Notes: generated by a model from the letters alone, not told the origin. 64,000 nt of DNA from Calcarisporiella thermophila CBS 279.70 (GCF_041956535.1 NW_027192191.1:193702-257701), one strand, 5' to 3'. Counted from the stretch's first letter, positions 50,147 through 62,537 are shown. Translations and numbers: made by a program.

Positions 50147-50384
50147 AAGAGTCGTTTCCATATAATTGCTATCGGTATGCAACTTGATTTCTGGGCATGA
50201 ATATTTAATATGGTATTTTGGAATTTTGAGCAAAGGAAGGGATATATTGTAGAAAAGTGACAGCTCTATAAAAGCTGTTCCCCAACAAAATCACAGATTC
50301 TATATTCACCATAATAAAACATAGAGTTTCTATCGAGAGAGAAAAGAAAAAAGACAAAAACAAAAACGAAGCTCCGCCTCTAGT

Positions 50385-52131
50385 TTACCTCAAAAACCCA
50401 AGCATAGCGTATGGTTCTGAGAGAAGTTGCTTCCAACGGTTGCTGAAGCGAGCCATGGTAGCTCCATCCACAACACGATGGTCAGCGCTGAAGCTAACAG
50501 GCATGCTCAGCTTTCCGACCACCTTCTCCGTGCCATCCGCTCCAATTTCGAATTTCGGCACCCGCTCCACCTTGCCCACAGCGGCGATGCAGAGCTCACT
50601 CTTCACCAATACGGGAGAGGCATAGGTGCCACCGATGACGCCGATATTTGAAAGGGTGATTGTTCCGTCGCGTAAGTCGGCGGGAGCGAGGGCATTGCGT
50701 CGCCCGGCTTCTTGCAAACGGTGGAGCTCAGCAGCAATCTCGAAGATGGATTTTGCTTGGACATTTTTGATGTTGGGCACAATCAGTCCGCCGGGAGTAT
50801 CCATCGCCACCCCAATGTTATGCGATCCGCGATAGCGCAGTTTAGGGGTGGAATCTCCGTCCTCCTCAAGGCAGGCGTTTAGAAGTGGGAACTCGGCGAG
50901 CGCCATGGACATGGTTTTGATCATAATTGGCATGAAGCTAACTTTGGGGAAACTGTAACTTGTTGGGTTTCGGGCAATCAAATTATTCAGTGCGCTCCTA
51001 TACTCGTTCGTGGTGTCAAGAAGGAATTCATCGCAATAACCAAAGTGTGGAATAGTAAGGGATTGAGTCATCGACTTGAACATAGCCTTTTGGATAGTGG
51101 TAAGCGGAACCGTTGTGTCTGCGGCAGTGGGCACGTTGACAGCTGAGGATATTGTTGGCGCAGCTATCAGGGGAGGGAATAGGTCAATATGACCCATTAA
51201 ATTTTTCGACTCGAACGAAATTAAAACTTACCAGCAGCTTCTTGAGCAGTGACTCCACCGCCATTAACAAAAGCAATAACGTCCTCTTTCATCACACGAC
51301 CACCCTTTCCTGTACCTTTTACTAGAGACAAGTCAACACCATGCTCCCTAGCAATCCTCCTTACTGCTGGGGTAGCGAACACAGCCTCATTCTCTTCCGG
51401 CCTAACACCTTCCATCATAGGATGCGGTTTTGCTGGTGTAGCAACTCTGGAAGCTGCAGTGTTCGCAGACGAGGTTTCCGTTGCAGAGCTCGCTTGAGCC
51501 TCTTGCTCGGGACTAACATTTTCCGTAGCATCTGCTTCTCCCTCAACCTCTATATCCACCAAGGCTTGTCCAACTTTTGCCATATCCCCCACTTTGTAGT
51601 GGAGCTTCGCAACTTTTCCCGTGTACCGGGATGTGATCTCAACACTAGCCTTGTCGGACTGAACTTCGCAGATTTTTTCAAATTCGGCGACCTCTGATCC
51701 CGGTTCAACAAACCTTTAAGATGTCACAGGATTAGAGCACCTATAATCGATATTATCCGAAATGCTATCATCATTACCATTGTACAACCTCACACTCAGT
51801 AATTCCTTCACCAATATCTGCAAGTAAGAATGGAAGGACTTTATGCGCAGTGGGTGTGGAATGGAATAGACGTAAATTTCCACAAAGAGGATATAATGGA
51901 CGCGCACTTAGACTAGACGAAGCGAAAGGGGCCTGTACCTATTGGTATTAATGTGGAATTAATGTAATTAAACTCTTTTAGTTTATGCGATGAAAAGTGC
52001 ATTTCTACCTTGGAAATTGCAGGGAGATTTTGTTTCCGCGATGCTCTTACAAAATGAGTAGACAGAGTTCGCGATGGGATGACTCGCAATTGACTAGTGG
52101 CACTGCGTCTAAATGCAAGCGTGCGAAGCAT
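50385..52131 (-). CDS. DBT: Branched-chain alpha-ketoacid dehydrogenase E2 (dihydrolipoyl transacylase)
   Basis: Mitochondrial presequence; lipoyl motif [15 protein letters not shown]; E3-binding [11 protein letters not shown]...[12 protein letters not shown]; IPHFGYCDE; catalytic SADHRVVDG. Confidence 0.95.
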
Positions 52132-52891
52132 TTGTTTTTTTTTTCCTTTGTAAATTATAATTAGAAAGAGGAGGGAATAAAAAAAAGTATCGAAGATGGA
52201 GTGGGGAAAAGTGGTTGTTTGCTAGCAACCGTGAGAACTTTTCCAATAGAGTCAAACTAGAAAAAATATTATTAGGGGGAAATAAGGATTTTGACTCCGC
52301 ATATTGAACTTATAGAAAAATCTTAATCACGATTGAATCACCCTCCGAAATAATTACTTCACTGGCGCTTCTAGTCAATCCATTTTCTGCCGTTTAGACG
52401 AGGGCTGGCGGCCAATCGATCTTTCAGTGGAGGTATCGGGAGAGGACCTGTTTCTCAGGCTCGAGATTAAGATCCTGCCGTGGGATATATTGACAGCTGT
52501 TAGTTTATACACATAATAACAATGCAAAAATTGCAAATAATAACAATGGAAAAATAGCCCTACCCACACAATGCCAAAGGAGAGTTCAATTAAATATAGC
52601 ACTTCCAGTTATAGCCATCCAAATCATTTGCTTTCAGATCACGGATTATATCCAAAGGGATATATTCACCAAGCAGGGCGTAGTCTCATTATCCCCTCCA
52701 GGGTAAAGGGATAAAGGCATTCCATTAATTAACAATAAATAAAAGTTTAATAAGTTGGTGAAAGGGCAATGAAAGACGATGACAATAAGAAATGATACAG
52801 AAGGAGGGGGGGGGGGGGGAATAGGCAGCAGTAAAAGAGTGCTATTAGAATAATCGAAGTATATGGAAGTAATAGGCCATAGGCATGTTTA

Positions 52892-54251
52892 CTACCCTTG
52901 CCGAGGGAAAGCTTCAAAACCCAGCAGCTCATCGGTCCCAGCTAACTCATATTGCCCGATGCTCTTTCCCTCGAGGCCGTAGTCCATCTCATCCATATAC
53001 ATGATTCCATTACTATCTGCCGAAGAGGGCGAGGGGCTTGGAGGGAGTGGCGTGTTTACTGCCAATGCATGCAGGTTCAGGCTTTCTGGTGAAAAAGGCG
53101 GCTGATGCAGCATTGGCTCCACAAAAGTCTGCGCCAAGTGAACATCGATCGGAGAAGGGAGACCATCTTGACTGTGCTGTTGTTGTATGTGCTGTTGTTG
53201 TAAGTTTAAGAAGGCAGATTGTGCCTCAGCAAGGATAGACGTAGTGGGATCATTGTGCGAGTGGTTGGCATTCTGTTGGAGAGGAGACATATAGTCACGC
53301 ATCCCTGATTGTGCGCCCGGTGTTTCCGCGCTAGTAATAAAGATAGGAGGCCGCTCCAATTTTGTTTCATAAGAGTCGTAGTTGAGTTCTGGTGGTACTT
53401 CCTCTAGAATGAGTCCAAGAAATAAAAGAAAACCAATATAAGAACGTAATTCCGGACTCTGGTAAAGAAAACCATAATATTTACGGCCAGAGTGTTTGTA
53501 TTGTTTCGCCAGGTGGTCCATTAAGCGACGCATGATTTGTTGCTGCATCGCCAGTTGTCGCTGTGTCTCTTCGAGTTGATGGAGCACCTCATTCATATTG
53601 CTGCGCATCTGAGTCATTTGCTGCCCAACTTCGCCCTTAAACACCTTGAGTCCTGCAACTTCCGTTTGCAAATTTGAAGCATCGGATTCGCGTCGGGGTG
53701 CAGTTGTATCAAGCGCCTTTCGCCTTATTTCCTCAACCAGCTCGGGTCGATCGCGCTGGAACTTTTCATGAGAGAATTCCCATTGCTCCTGATCACCTTT
53801 GGTTGAGCTGCCACTGTTTCTGTTTGATTTGTTGACCTTATGGAAACCGTACCTACAAATAAGATGATAATGCTGCAAAATTATACATTAAGACGAATGA
53901 CGGATAGAGGGAAGTTGCGTACATATTCAGCTGCCGAACAAAGCTTGAGAAATTACTGTGCTTGAACATGGAAGGCAGAACCTCCTGCGAAAACCGCGGT
54001 GTATTGTGGACGAAAAAAGAATCGCCAGCGGCGCTCCAATATATCAAATCTTGGTATCTTTCATCCCCCACCATCCTGTATAGTTTTCGCACAAATGAAT
54101 TGCCTCGTGGGGCGCCAGATGTGCCTGGCGGCTGAAGCATGTCAGTGCTCGGTGGCGAGGACGATGCAGATGTGCAGTTATCTTCGAAACTTGACGCCGA
54201 AGAGGCAGAGAATGAGCGCGGCCGATTAGGCTGCCTGAAGTTAATATTCAT
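52892..54251 (-). CDS. Heat-shock-factor-type transcription factor
   Basis: FVRKLYRMV...FKHSNFSSFVRQLNMYGFHKV...WEFSHEKFQRDRPEL DNA-binding domain, then a coiled coil and a Q/P/S-rich tail. Confidence 0.93.
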
Positions 54252-54364
54252 GCTGGATATTAAATATGATCTTGGGAGAGAAGAGGAGAACCGTGTGATC
54301 TGGTGTATATCTGAATAGAAATGAGGACGATCAGAGGATCAAAGAGATTTTGCAATGAGAAAAA

Positions 54365-55441
54365 ATGGCGAGATCTCAAGTGAAAAATAGAAGTACTGCA
54401 AAACAAAAATTTTCTCTCAAAGATCCTCAGCCAACAGAATTTTTTTTGCCACTTCGGTTGTGGAAACTATACCACACCATAGAAACCCTGCCCTACATGA
54501 CAGAGCAAGCCAAACTCCCCAAGCACTTGCTGGAATACCGCTCAATTTGCGAGCGATTCTTTTATAATCAAGAATCCGACGCTGCACATTTACTCGCACT
54601 AGTGGATGCAGCCATCGCTAATAATCCATCATTACCTCTCGAGGCCAACTCAACCGCCATCCTCTCACTTGGTCTAGACCCCTCTTCGGGACTTCTGCAA
54701 AATCCTTTAGAAGCGAATCTCTATACATCCCTAAAATCCCAGATCCGTAGTCAGTTCCATGTCAGAGAGCAGGAGCGCCTGCATCAACGATTTGAAGAAA
54801 TTATTGCTGAATCTTCCAGCGAGACGAATGGAAAACTAGCATCTGAGGAAGAGGGGATGAAATCGGAAGTATCTGTAGAGCATGCACGTAACGAATTGCA
54901 CCGATTTGTATCTGCTTATCGTAGCCAGCTTGGTGCCGGCGGCTTTCTTAGAGGTTTGCGGGCTGCACTCCAAGCTCTCTTGGGCCAACCAATACCTGTA
55001 CTTTTCCGGATACACGATGATTCCCTTCTTCAGCATGGCGAGGCCTTTGCTTTTGATGCCCTTCGCCTTCTCTTCAGTGGAATTGGTGCCTATCCATCTG
55101 AAAGCACTACCGAGCTACTCTCTGACCAGAGTCCCTCTACGGCTAATTATCGATGGTGGATCATTGGCTCCCGAATATCGGACGACACTGCACGCATTCT
55201 TCTAAATGGCATTCCCTCTGATCACACACTCCCCCCTGGGAGACCAATGGGCGAAGTCAAGACGGGGGATGAGAGGATCACTCATAGACCTAAGCTATAC
55301 TATGCCAGGAAGCCATATAGCACTAGATTGACGTCTCAAGTAATAGCTCTTTCGTACTGGCTACTATGGCCAATAGAACGGATTCATTCCTGTCTTTGTT
55401 CACTTTGGGCAGTATTGACAAGAAGAAAGACTTCACTCTAG
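54365..55441 (+). CDS. Hypothetical protein (single exon; ATG 54497 is an alternative start)
   Basis: 358-codon uninterrupted ORF with globular-looking composition and a hydrophobic/basic C-terminus; no recognised domain. Confidence 0.75.
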   Translation: MARSQVKNRSTAKQKFSLKDPQPTEFFLPLRLWKLYHTIETLPYMTEQAKLPKHLLEYRSICERFFYNQESDAAHLLALVDAAIANNPSLPLEANSTAILSLGLDPSSGLLQNPLEANLYTSLKSQIRSQFHVREQERLHQRFEEIIAESSSETNGKLASEEEGMKSEVSVEHARNELHRFVSAYRSQLGAGGFLRGLRAALQALLGQPIPVLFRIHDDSLLQHGEAFAFDALRLLFSGIGAYPSESTTELLSDQSPSTANYRWWIIGSRISDDTARILLNGIPSDHTLPPGRPMGEVKTGDERITHRPKLYYARKPYSTRLTSQVIALSYWLLWPIERIHSCLCSLWAVLTRRKTSL

Positions 55442-56476
55442 GTGGACGAAGACTTCATGCATAGAGTAGATGTACCTATTCTTCTTATTCAAGTCCTTGC
55501 TTGTCCTTCATTCATCTTGATATTTATAGTATTTATTGCCTGCTCTTTAGAGTTAACAAAAGACCAACCTTTGTTCACAAATAAAAAGAGAAGGCGTTTA
55601 CTTTAGCACTCATAACCACTTCAACGCAACCCACGGATAATAAGAGTTGCGTTGTACACACGAAGTGCCTGTTGAGTTGTAAAGGGGGTATGTTTCAAAC
55701 ACTGTCTTTTATGAAATGCAAGTTTATTATCATTTATAGATTTCATGCAGAGCCTAATGAAGAAAATAAAAAGACTATTAGCTTAATTCTCTTCATTCTC
55801 TTTAAGTCTTGAAGGGTAGAGGGTCAGGACAATAAAGCGGAAAAATTTCATCAATAAATTATGACTGACGTGCAAATATGAATACGTTCATCATTCTCAT
55901 AAAAACACGGAAGAGGAAAAGGAAATAAGCAAACTTACCTTTATAAACAAAAGAAAAGAAAAATCGATGGGAAAGAGGGAGGGGGAAGAAAAGTAAATAT
56001 TTGGAATCAGGAAGATATCATAAACAAAAAATTAAGAGACAAAAGATAATAGAGAGACACGAAACTTGTTTACCAATTTTATAGATTCATTATTAGCAGT
56101 CACAATACTCTTCGAGTGAGAAAACACAGTCGTTCTTTAGCAAGGAATAGCCTAATTAGCCTGAATTAGTCCAACAACAGATATAAAGTCGGTTAAAGAG
56201 CTGAACAATCCTTTATTTGGCCTATCGATCAGAGACATCCCAAGAAATATAAACTTTATCCTATTGAAATATTAAGTCGAAAATAAAATATCAAAAATAT
56301 CAAAAATGTAGGAAAAATGGGAAAAGGAAAGAAACTAAAGTGGTATAAACTAGAATGAAAAGTTTTCACAATGCGATCCATAGCGAAATAAAAGTTACTA
56401 TAAACACAAAGAAAGAAACCATGCTTGTTTTCTTTTTCTTATTTTCCTACATTTTTTTTATTGTTTTCTCATTTAT

Positions 56477-57640
56477 TCAGCATTCACAGACAAACACTCC
56501 CTGATCCTCCTCCCGGTCTCGTTCAAATTCCACCATCTTGCGCTCGCCTTTTCCTTCAAAGGCCATGTCGAACACCGGCTTTGAGAAATCCATTTCCTCC
56601 GGCTCGTCCGCCATATCCGACCATGACCACGCTGACGACACAGAAAATGCAACCCCAGAATCCCACCCGCGCACCAGCGAATGCGCCATCATTCCGGAAC
56701 GTGCGGGAATGGCAGCTGTGGCTGGATCCACCACGGATTGTTTGTCAGCTGCTTGATCCTCTTCATTGCTCGATGAGAAACGGGAAATGCTCTGCACTCT
56801 TTTGATGGCCGCTTGTATGGTGGGCCGCTTTTCAGGATCAACGGATAATAAAGAGGTGATTAACGCGACGCATTCGTTCGTGAGCCACGGGAACATCTCG
56901 TGAATCATGGCCACTGGATTTTCGACATAGGCAGCAAATACTGGATCTCGCGATGGGGAAGCCTGCTGCCAAGCATTCTTCCCTGTCAGCATCGCAAGCA
57001 TCAGCACACCTAGAGCCCAAATATCCCCTTTGGCAGCATGGTATTCAGTGCCTGCCGCATCCTCATGCTGCTCTGGTGGAATATATTGCAAGCTCCCGAC
57101 ACCATATTCGCCGGGGAATTCCTCCGAAGTTGCAAGGCCAAAGTCTGCGAGCTTCAGCGAGCCATCGTCAAAAAGCAGGAGGTTTTCCGGCTTAATATCA
57201 CGGTGATACACCCCCTGCGAGTGGCAATGCTCTACGGCTGAGAGTACTTGTACCATAGCAGTTCGTACGTAATCATCATCCACTTCTTCACGCCCTCCAC
57301 TCAAAATATCGAATAAATCTCCACCAGCACATAATTCCATTACCATCCAAAGATCCTCTTGTGTCTCGATCACGCAATGAAGTTGAACTATGTGCGGATG
57401 ATGAAGGCGTGCGTGCAGCTGGCACTCTTGGCGGAGAAGATCGAGCTCTGAAGCATCTAGGCCAACTTTGCCAAGGCGCTTCACAGCGAAGTAGGCGTTA
57501 GACGCGGAAGGGGAAGATTGGCGAGCAAGATAAAGACATCCGTACGAACCACTGCCGATGGTGTCAATGAGCTCATACGTGTTGTCAAGTAAGGTGCCGA
57601 TCTTAGAGGTTGCGTATGTCTGAAAGGCGTCTTCTAGCAT
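56477..57640 (-). CDS. Ser/Thr protein kinase (Ran1/Pat1/Sks1-like)
   Basis: IGSGSYGCLYLA, FAVKRL, HRDIKPENLL, KLADFGLAT, GVGSLQYIPPE, DIWALGV and GKNAWQQA; ATG at 57640; intronless. Confidence 0.93.
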   Translation of the reverse strand: MLEDAFQTYATSKIGTLLDNTYELIDTIGSGSYGCLYLARQSSPSASNAYFAVKRLGKVGLDASELDLLRQECQLHARLHHPHIVQLHCVIETQEDLWMVMELCAGGDLFDILSGGREEVDDDYVRTAMVQVLSAVEHCHSQGVYHRDIKPENLLLFDDGSLKLADFGLATSEEFPGEYGVGSLQYIPPEQHEDAAGTEYHAAKGDIWALGVLMLAMLTGKNAWQQASPSRDPVFAAYVENPVAMIHEMFPWLTNECVALITSLLSVDPEKRPTIQAAIKRVQSISRFSSSNEEDQAADKQSVVDPATAAIPARSGMMAHSLVRGWDSGVAFSVSSAWSWSDMADEPEEMDFSKPVFDMAFEGKGERKMVEFERDREEDQGVFVCEC

Positions 57641-58950
57641 TTTTTGGGGTGATTTGAAGGGATTGAAATAATAATAACACAAAAAATATAATACAGAAAA
57701 GATAACAGCAATGATAAAACACACACAAAAATTGTCCTTTTTTTTTGATTTATATACTGGGGGGAGAGGAGAGATTAATTGAAATCTGGCCGATTTTAAA
57801 GAGAAATGGGATGTGGAGAGTGAGCGGGAGAAAGAATGTTTGAGCTATAGAAAGATTGTCATTATAGTATAGGGGGGGGCAAAAGGAAACATAGAAGAAA
57901 AAAAATATATAAAGAAATGAGGAGAAATGAAGAGCAGACCACAACAGAGCGAAAAGAGAAGCAAAAAGAAGGATGGAGAAAAAAAACGCTGAAACTCAGC
58001 TGATCGATGGCGAATTTGGACTGATCGCCCTGGTAAATTGAGCTCTATTGTGCATTAGAATGTTTTAGAGTTGGGTTTGCTTTCTTTTGTTCTAGTGGAT
58101 TCGGTTTTGGGCAGCTAAGAGCAGGTCCTATTCCATATTTCGCACCATCCCGGCACATTTTGGTATCGAACCCACTGGGCGTCTTCGCGATATTTCCTTG
58201 GACTTGGGTGGCCGAGCCCCATTGGCCGGCCAAATCCTGCTCGCGGTCCCCATTGCCATGTTTAAGAATCCTTGCAATATAGCAATGGTGACCCGCTCCA
58301 CAGTCAAGGATTGCCTAAACTTGCCGTTTCTATTACTAAGACGCCTCTAAGAAAAGCAGTCCTCCCTCCCAGTCTTACTCTGCTTCTACTCTTCTCCTGG
58401 CTAAATGTGGAGTCGGAAAAAAAGTGCTGGAACTGGGAATGCAAAGGATGAAAAACAACTCAACGCAAAGGAGAATGCACGCCTTGCAGGAATAGGCTAT
58501 TCTTGTATAATCGTTGTTAAAACAAATTGCAAGCTACAATAATCAAAGAGCAGCCAGAGATTGTATATATTAAATTACTGCAAACACTCTGAAATAAACA
58601 AAAAAGTAGGTTAGTTTATGATTCAGAGGAGAGGTTTGAGTTCATAGTCACGACCAAATTCAAACTTAATGACCACTAAAGATACCCTGGCAAATCTCAT
58701 ACAATTGTCATTCAATATATATAGATGCATTAGTACTATTATTGGGCATTAGACTCTTTTTGCTAGTCGAGCATGGGTTCCTGACATTATACTTTACTAG
58801 GTATAATGAGGTTGAATATGAATGGGCGTCCACAAAGAGTGAGCGCATCCTTTTGCCTTAAATAACCCCCAAATTATAACAAACTTTCAATGGTTCCAAG
58901 CAAAATAACATAGAATTTACAAGTAAAATAAAAGCATAAATCTAAATCCT

Positions 58951-59621
58951 TCAAGAACTTCCTCTTCCTCCACAGCACCCAGCCATCTGCTCTTTTGTGG
59001 CTCGCGGTTTCTTTCCTTTATTCATCCGTATGGTTTTATTATCGCCTAATTCGTGCTGGTCCTTATTTAGCCTTAACCCTACAATGACAAAACTGATGAG
59101 ATAGGCGATCCGGATGATATAGGTAGTAAGGCCTAGTATTTACGATAAATCTCTGACTGGTTGTCTCGCTTCACCGCCTGCACCACATTTCTGCGAAGAA
59201 TGGTTGCCGCCTCTTCTGCGGCCTGAATATGCTGTAACGCATAAATGATAAGTACATATGAGGAGAATTAGGGGGGGCTTGGCACAGTGGTCATGTTTAC
59301 AAATCTACCTTTTTGATAACCTCTGGATCCGATTCGTTTTTGTATTTTGAGAATTCCAAGCGTATGCGCTCTCTAGCAGCTATATTAATAAAAGGGATAA
59401 TACTCCTAAATATTTCACTTCATCAATAGCAGCATGCTTCTAGCTTACCCGAATATACAAAAGTATCCCCTTTTAGCAAATCAAGCAATAACAAAACCGA
59501 TATTGTTAACTACATTTACTTTGAAATCAAACAATTCAATATATTATCAACCTTCAAATGTCGAACGAGCCGTTTTCATTAACGTTCTAAATGCCCGCAA
59601 TACATTGTTCCTCTGAGCCAT
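58951..59621 (-). CDS. MZM1: Mitochondrial LYR-family complex III assembly factor Mzm1/LYRM7
   Basis: Five in-phase exons (59621-59552, 59469-59449, 59379-59309, 59231-59144, 59078-58951), 125 aa: MAQRNNVLRAFRTLMKTARSTFEGDTFVYSAARERIRLEF...EAATILRRNVVQAV...YRLRL...ELGDNKTI...GCCGG. Not in the ORF track. Confidence 0.92.
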
Positions 59622-59820
59622 TGTCTTTCTCTCTCTTCTTACAGTAACTCGAAGCCTCTCCAAATTTTGAATTTGTTTTTATGAATGTGGCGCAGAAATT
59701 CTTAACCAGTCATTTACGGAATTTGGAGCACTCCGTGTCAATTCCAGGAAACAAGTATAGGTGTGGTTGACAGCGATAGATGCTCGATAGCTGAATACCC
59801 TAAAATTCGATGCTATCGAC

Positions 59821-62537
59821 ATGAAGTTCTCGCATGCTTTGAAAATAAACTCGGTACCAGACTGGTCCGAACATTATGTCGCGTATCCTTTCTTTTGTCA
59901 ATCCCAGAGTGGATTTAGCTTTATGGCACCTTTATACTGCAGGGCGTTCTCTCAATGGTCATTGTTATCCTTAACATCTCTTTTTCTCCTCTTTTTTTAG
60001 ATACTCCAATCTCAAGAAGATCATATATCAACTAGAAAAAGATGTTCACAACCAGGCGCTGGCCCATACCGACGAAGAGCGTCAGGCACTAATTGCGGGT
60101 AGCGAAAGCCATGTTAATGCACTCTTTGTTCGCGCACTCGATGTGGAGCTCCAGAAATGTGTTAACTTCTACATCAAAAAAGAAAAAGAACTCTACGTGC
60201 AACTCGAAGCACTCATTATGGATGTCGAATACATCGAGGCACAGGGCGAGGCATTGGGGCGAAGGCAATCTATGGCAGCATCAAACTCTCTTGGTGAGAG
60301 AGGTGGGTTCGCTAGGTCCCAGTCACAGGGTCTAAGTAGTAGTCTAGGGTCGGAAGAACACATAGATGACACGCTATCCCTTCAACCAAAATCTGGGAAA
60401 ATTCGTAGGAGTAGTGCGGGAGGAGTAAGAATCAATTTGCCCTCAGGTTACGGGCTTGAGACATCGACAGCTTCACAAGCAGTAGACATACCTCCTAGGG
60501 TACGATATACGGAAGATTCGGACTCTGAAAATGCGCACACACCTCCGGGCGAACTTTCTTTCTATGGCCGCAATCTCTGGGACGATTACGAACGCTATCA
60601 GCAGCGCCTAACATTCAAGCATCGGATCGTAGACCTATTTGTTCTTCTCTCCGAGCTCAAATCGTTTGTCAATCTGAACCTCCAAGCATTTTCCAAGATC
60701 CTTAAAAAATTCGACAAAATCACCGGCTCGAAACTCAAGTCCGTTTATTTAGAACAATCTGTCAACGTTGCATATCCTTTTCGTGCTGAAACAAAAGATC
60801 GGCTGAATGGGCAGGTTCAAAGGCTGGAGCAACTATACGCCCGTATCTGCACTGATAATGACGTGGATCAGGCTATTCGCGAGTTAAAGACACACTTGCG
60901 CGAACACATTGTAATGGAAAGAAACACCGTTTGGAGGGATATGATCAGTTTAGAGCGGCGATCACAAGCCCTAACGCCTCAGGACCCACTCAGTGCCGGA
61001 GCTGCAACCACAAAATTGGTAACGCCAATGGGAATGGTGTCCGTGCCAACTCGATATTTGCGTCAAGTGTTGCTACTTATCGCGTGTACGGCGGTGTTTT
61101 CTGTACTGTTGTATGTGCCGATTTTTAAGAAGGTCGAAGAGAATAATTGCTTCGCCCTACTCGTATTTGCATCGATCCTGTGGGCAACCGAGGTGATACC
61201 TCTCTTTGTTACCTCCCTCCTGATCCCATTCCTCGTAGTCATTCTTCGTGTTATGCGCGATGTAGACGGCAAACACCACTATCGTCTCGACGCGCCAGAA
61301 GCAACAAGGCGCATTTTTGGAGCCATGTTTTCGCCTGTCATTATGTTGCTCTTGGGTGGCTTCGCAATTGCAGCAGCACTGAGCAAACACCACCTCGCCA
61401 AAATGCTAGCCACCTTTGTATTATCGAAAGCAGGGACACGACCCGGGAGTGTTCTCTTTGCAACGATGTTGGTCGCCACATTTTTGAGCATGTGGATTAG
61501 TAACGTTGCGGCCCCTGTTTTGTGCTTTTCAATTATTCAAGTATGGCTTAGAATGCTTCTAAATCTATAATTCCACGTTGGTTTACTAACCGCATCGTTT
61601 CTTTTAATTTTCACAGCCCATATTAAGAACGCTCCCCCCCAACAGTTCCTTTGCCAAGTGTCTTATTCTAGGAATTGCTCTCGCCTCTAATGTCGGCGGA
61701 ATGGCATCTCCAATCAGCTCTCCGCAGAATATAGTTGCCATTGCAAACATGAATCCCCCACCAGGGTGGTTGGAATGGTTCTTTGTCTCAATTCCGCTCT
61801 GTATCACAACTAACCTTTTGATATGGATGCTTCTTTTGTGGAGCTACCGCATCTCGGCGTCCACATCTGTGCACACCGTTCGGCCCACTCAAGATCCGAT
61901 TAATCGGACTCAAGTGTTTGTGATCATGGTGACAATTTTAACCATATTCCTGTGGTGTATTGCGCGAAGATTGGCCCCAGTCTTTGGAGATATGGGTGTA
62001 ATTGCTGTGGTGCCTTTGGTGTGCTTCTTTGGAACCGGTGTTCTAACGAAAGAGGACTTTAACAACTTTTTGTGGACCGTCATCATCCTTGCGATGGGAG
62101 GAATAGCCCTTGGGAAAGCAGTGGACTCGTCTGGGTTGCTGCACACCATAGCGGGCGGAATCAGTGGATTTGTCGGGGGATACGGATCCTTCGCCGTACT
62201 GAGCATTTTTGGAGCGCTTGTACTGGTGGTGGCGACATTTATCTCTCATACAGTTGCCGCACTGATTGTATTGCCTATTGTCGCCGAGGTTGGTACTCGT
62301 ATGCCGGATCCCCATGGACGTCTCCTTGTCATGGGCACCGCCCTTGTTTGCTCCGCGGCAATGGGACTCCCCGTAAGTGGGTTTCCAAATATGAACGCGA
62401 TTATGTTAGAGAATGAGATGGGAAAGGCATATTTATCGACGCGGGATTTCCTGAGAACAGGTGTTCCAGCCTCAGTTTTGGCGACTGCATTGGTCGTGAC
62501 CATGGGATATGGTTTAATGGAACTGCTGGGATTTTAG
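59821..62537 (+). CDS. PHO91: SPX-domain low-affinity phosphate transporter (Pho87/90/91 family, SLC13-like permease)
   Basis: MKFSHALKINSVPDWSEHYVAYSNLKKIIY, SPX lysine cluster FSKILKKFDK, LWATEVIPLFVT, SMWISNVAAPV, ASNVGGMASPISSPQN and SGFPNM. Introns 59883-60000 and about 61541-61616. Confidence 0.93.
59883..60000 (+). other. U12-type (minor spliceosome) GT-AG intron
   Basis: 5' splice site GTATCCTTT (59883-59891), branch site TCCTTAAC (59968-59975), AG at 59999-60000. Removal restores the conserved SPX reading frame. Confidence 0.85.

Noticed and set aside
55622-55654. 9-bp stem CAACGCAAC/GTTGCGTTG
   Set aside because: Isolated short hairpin with no supporting context; compatible with chance.
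60772-60781. ATATCCTTTT (AT-AC U12 donor consensus) in the phosphate transporter
   Set aside because: Encodes AYPF within an uninterrupted, family-typical reading frame.
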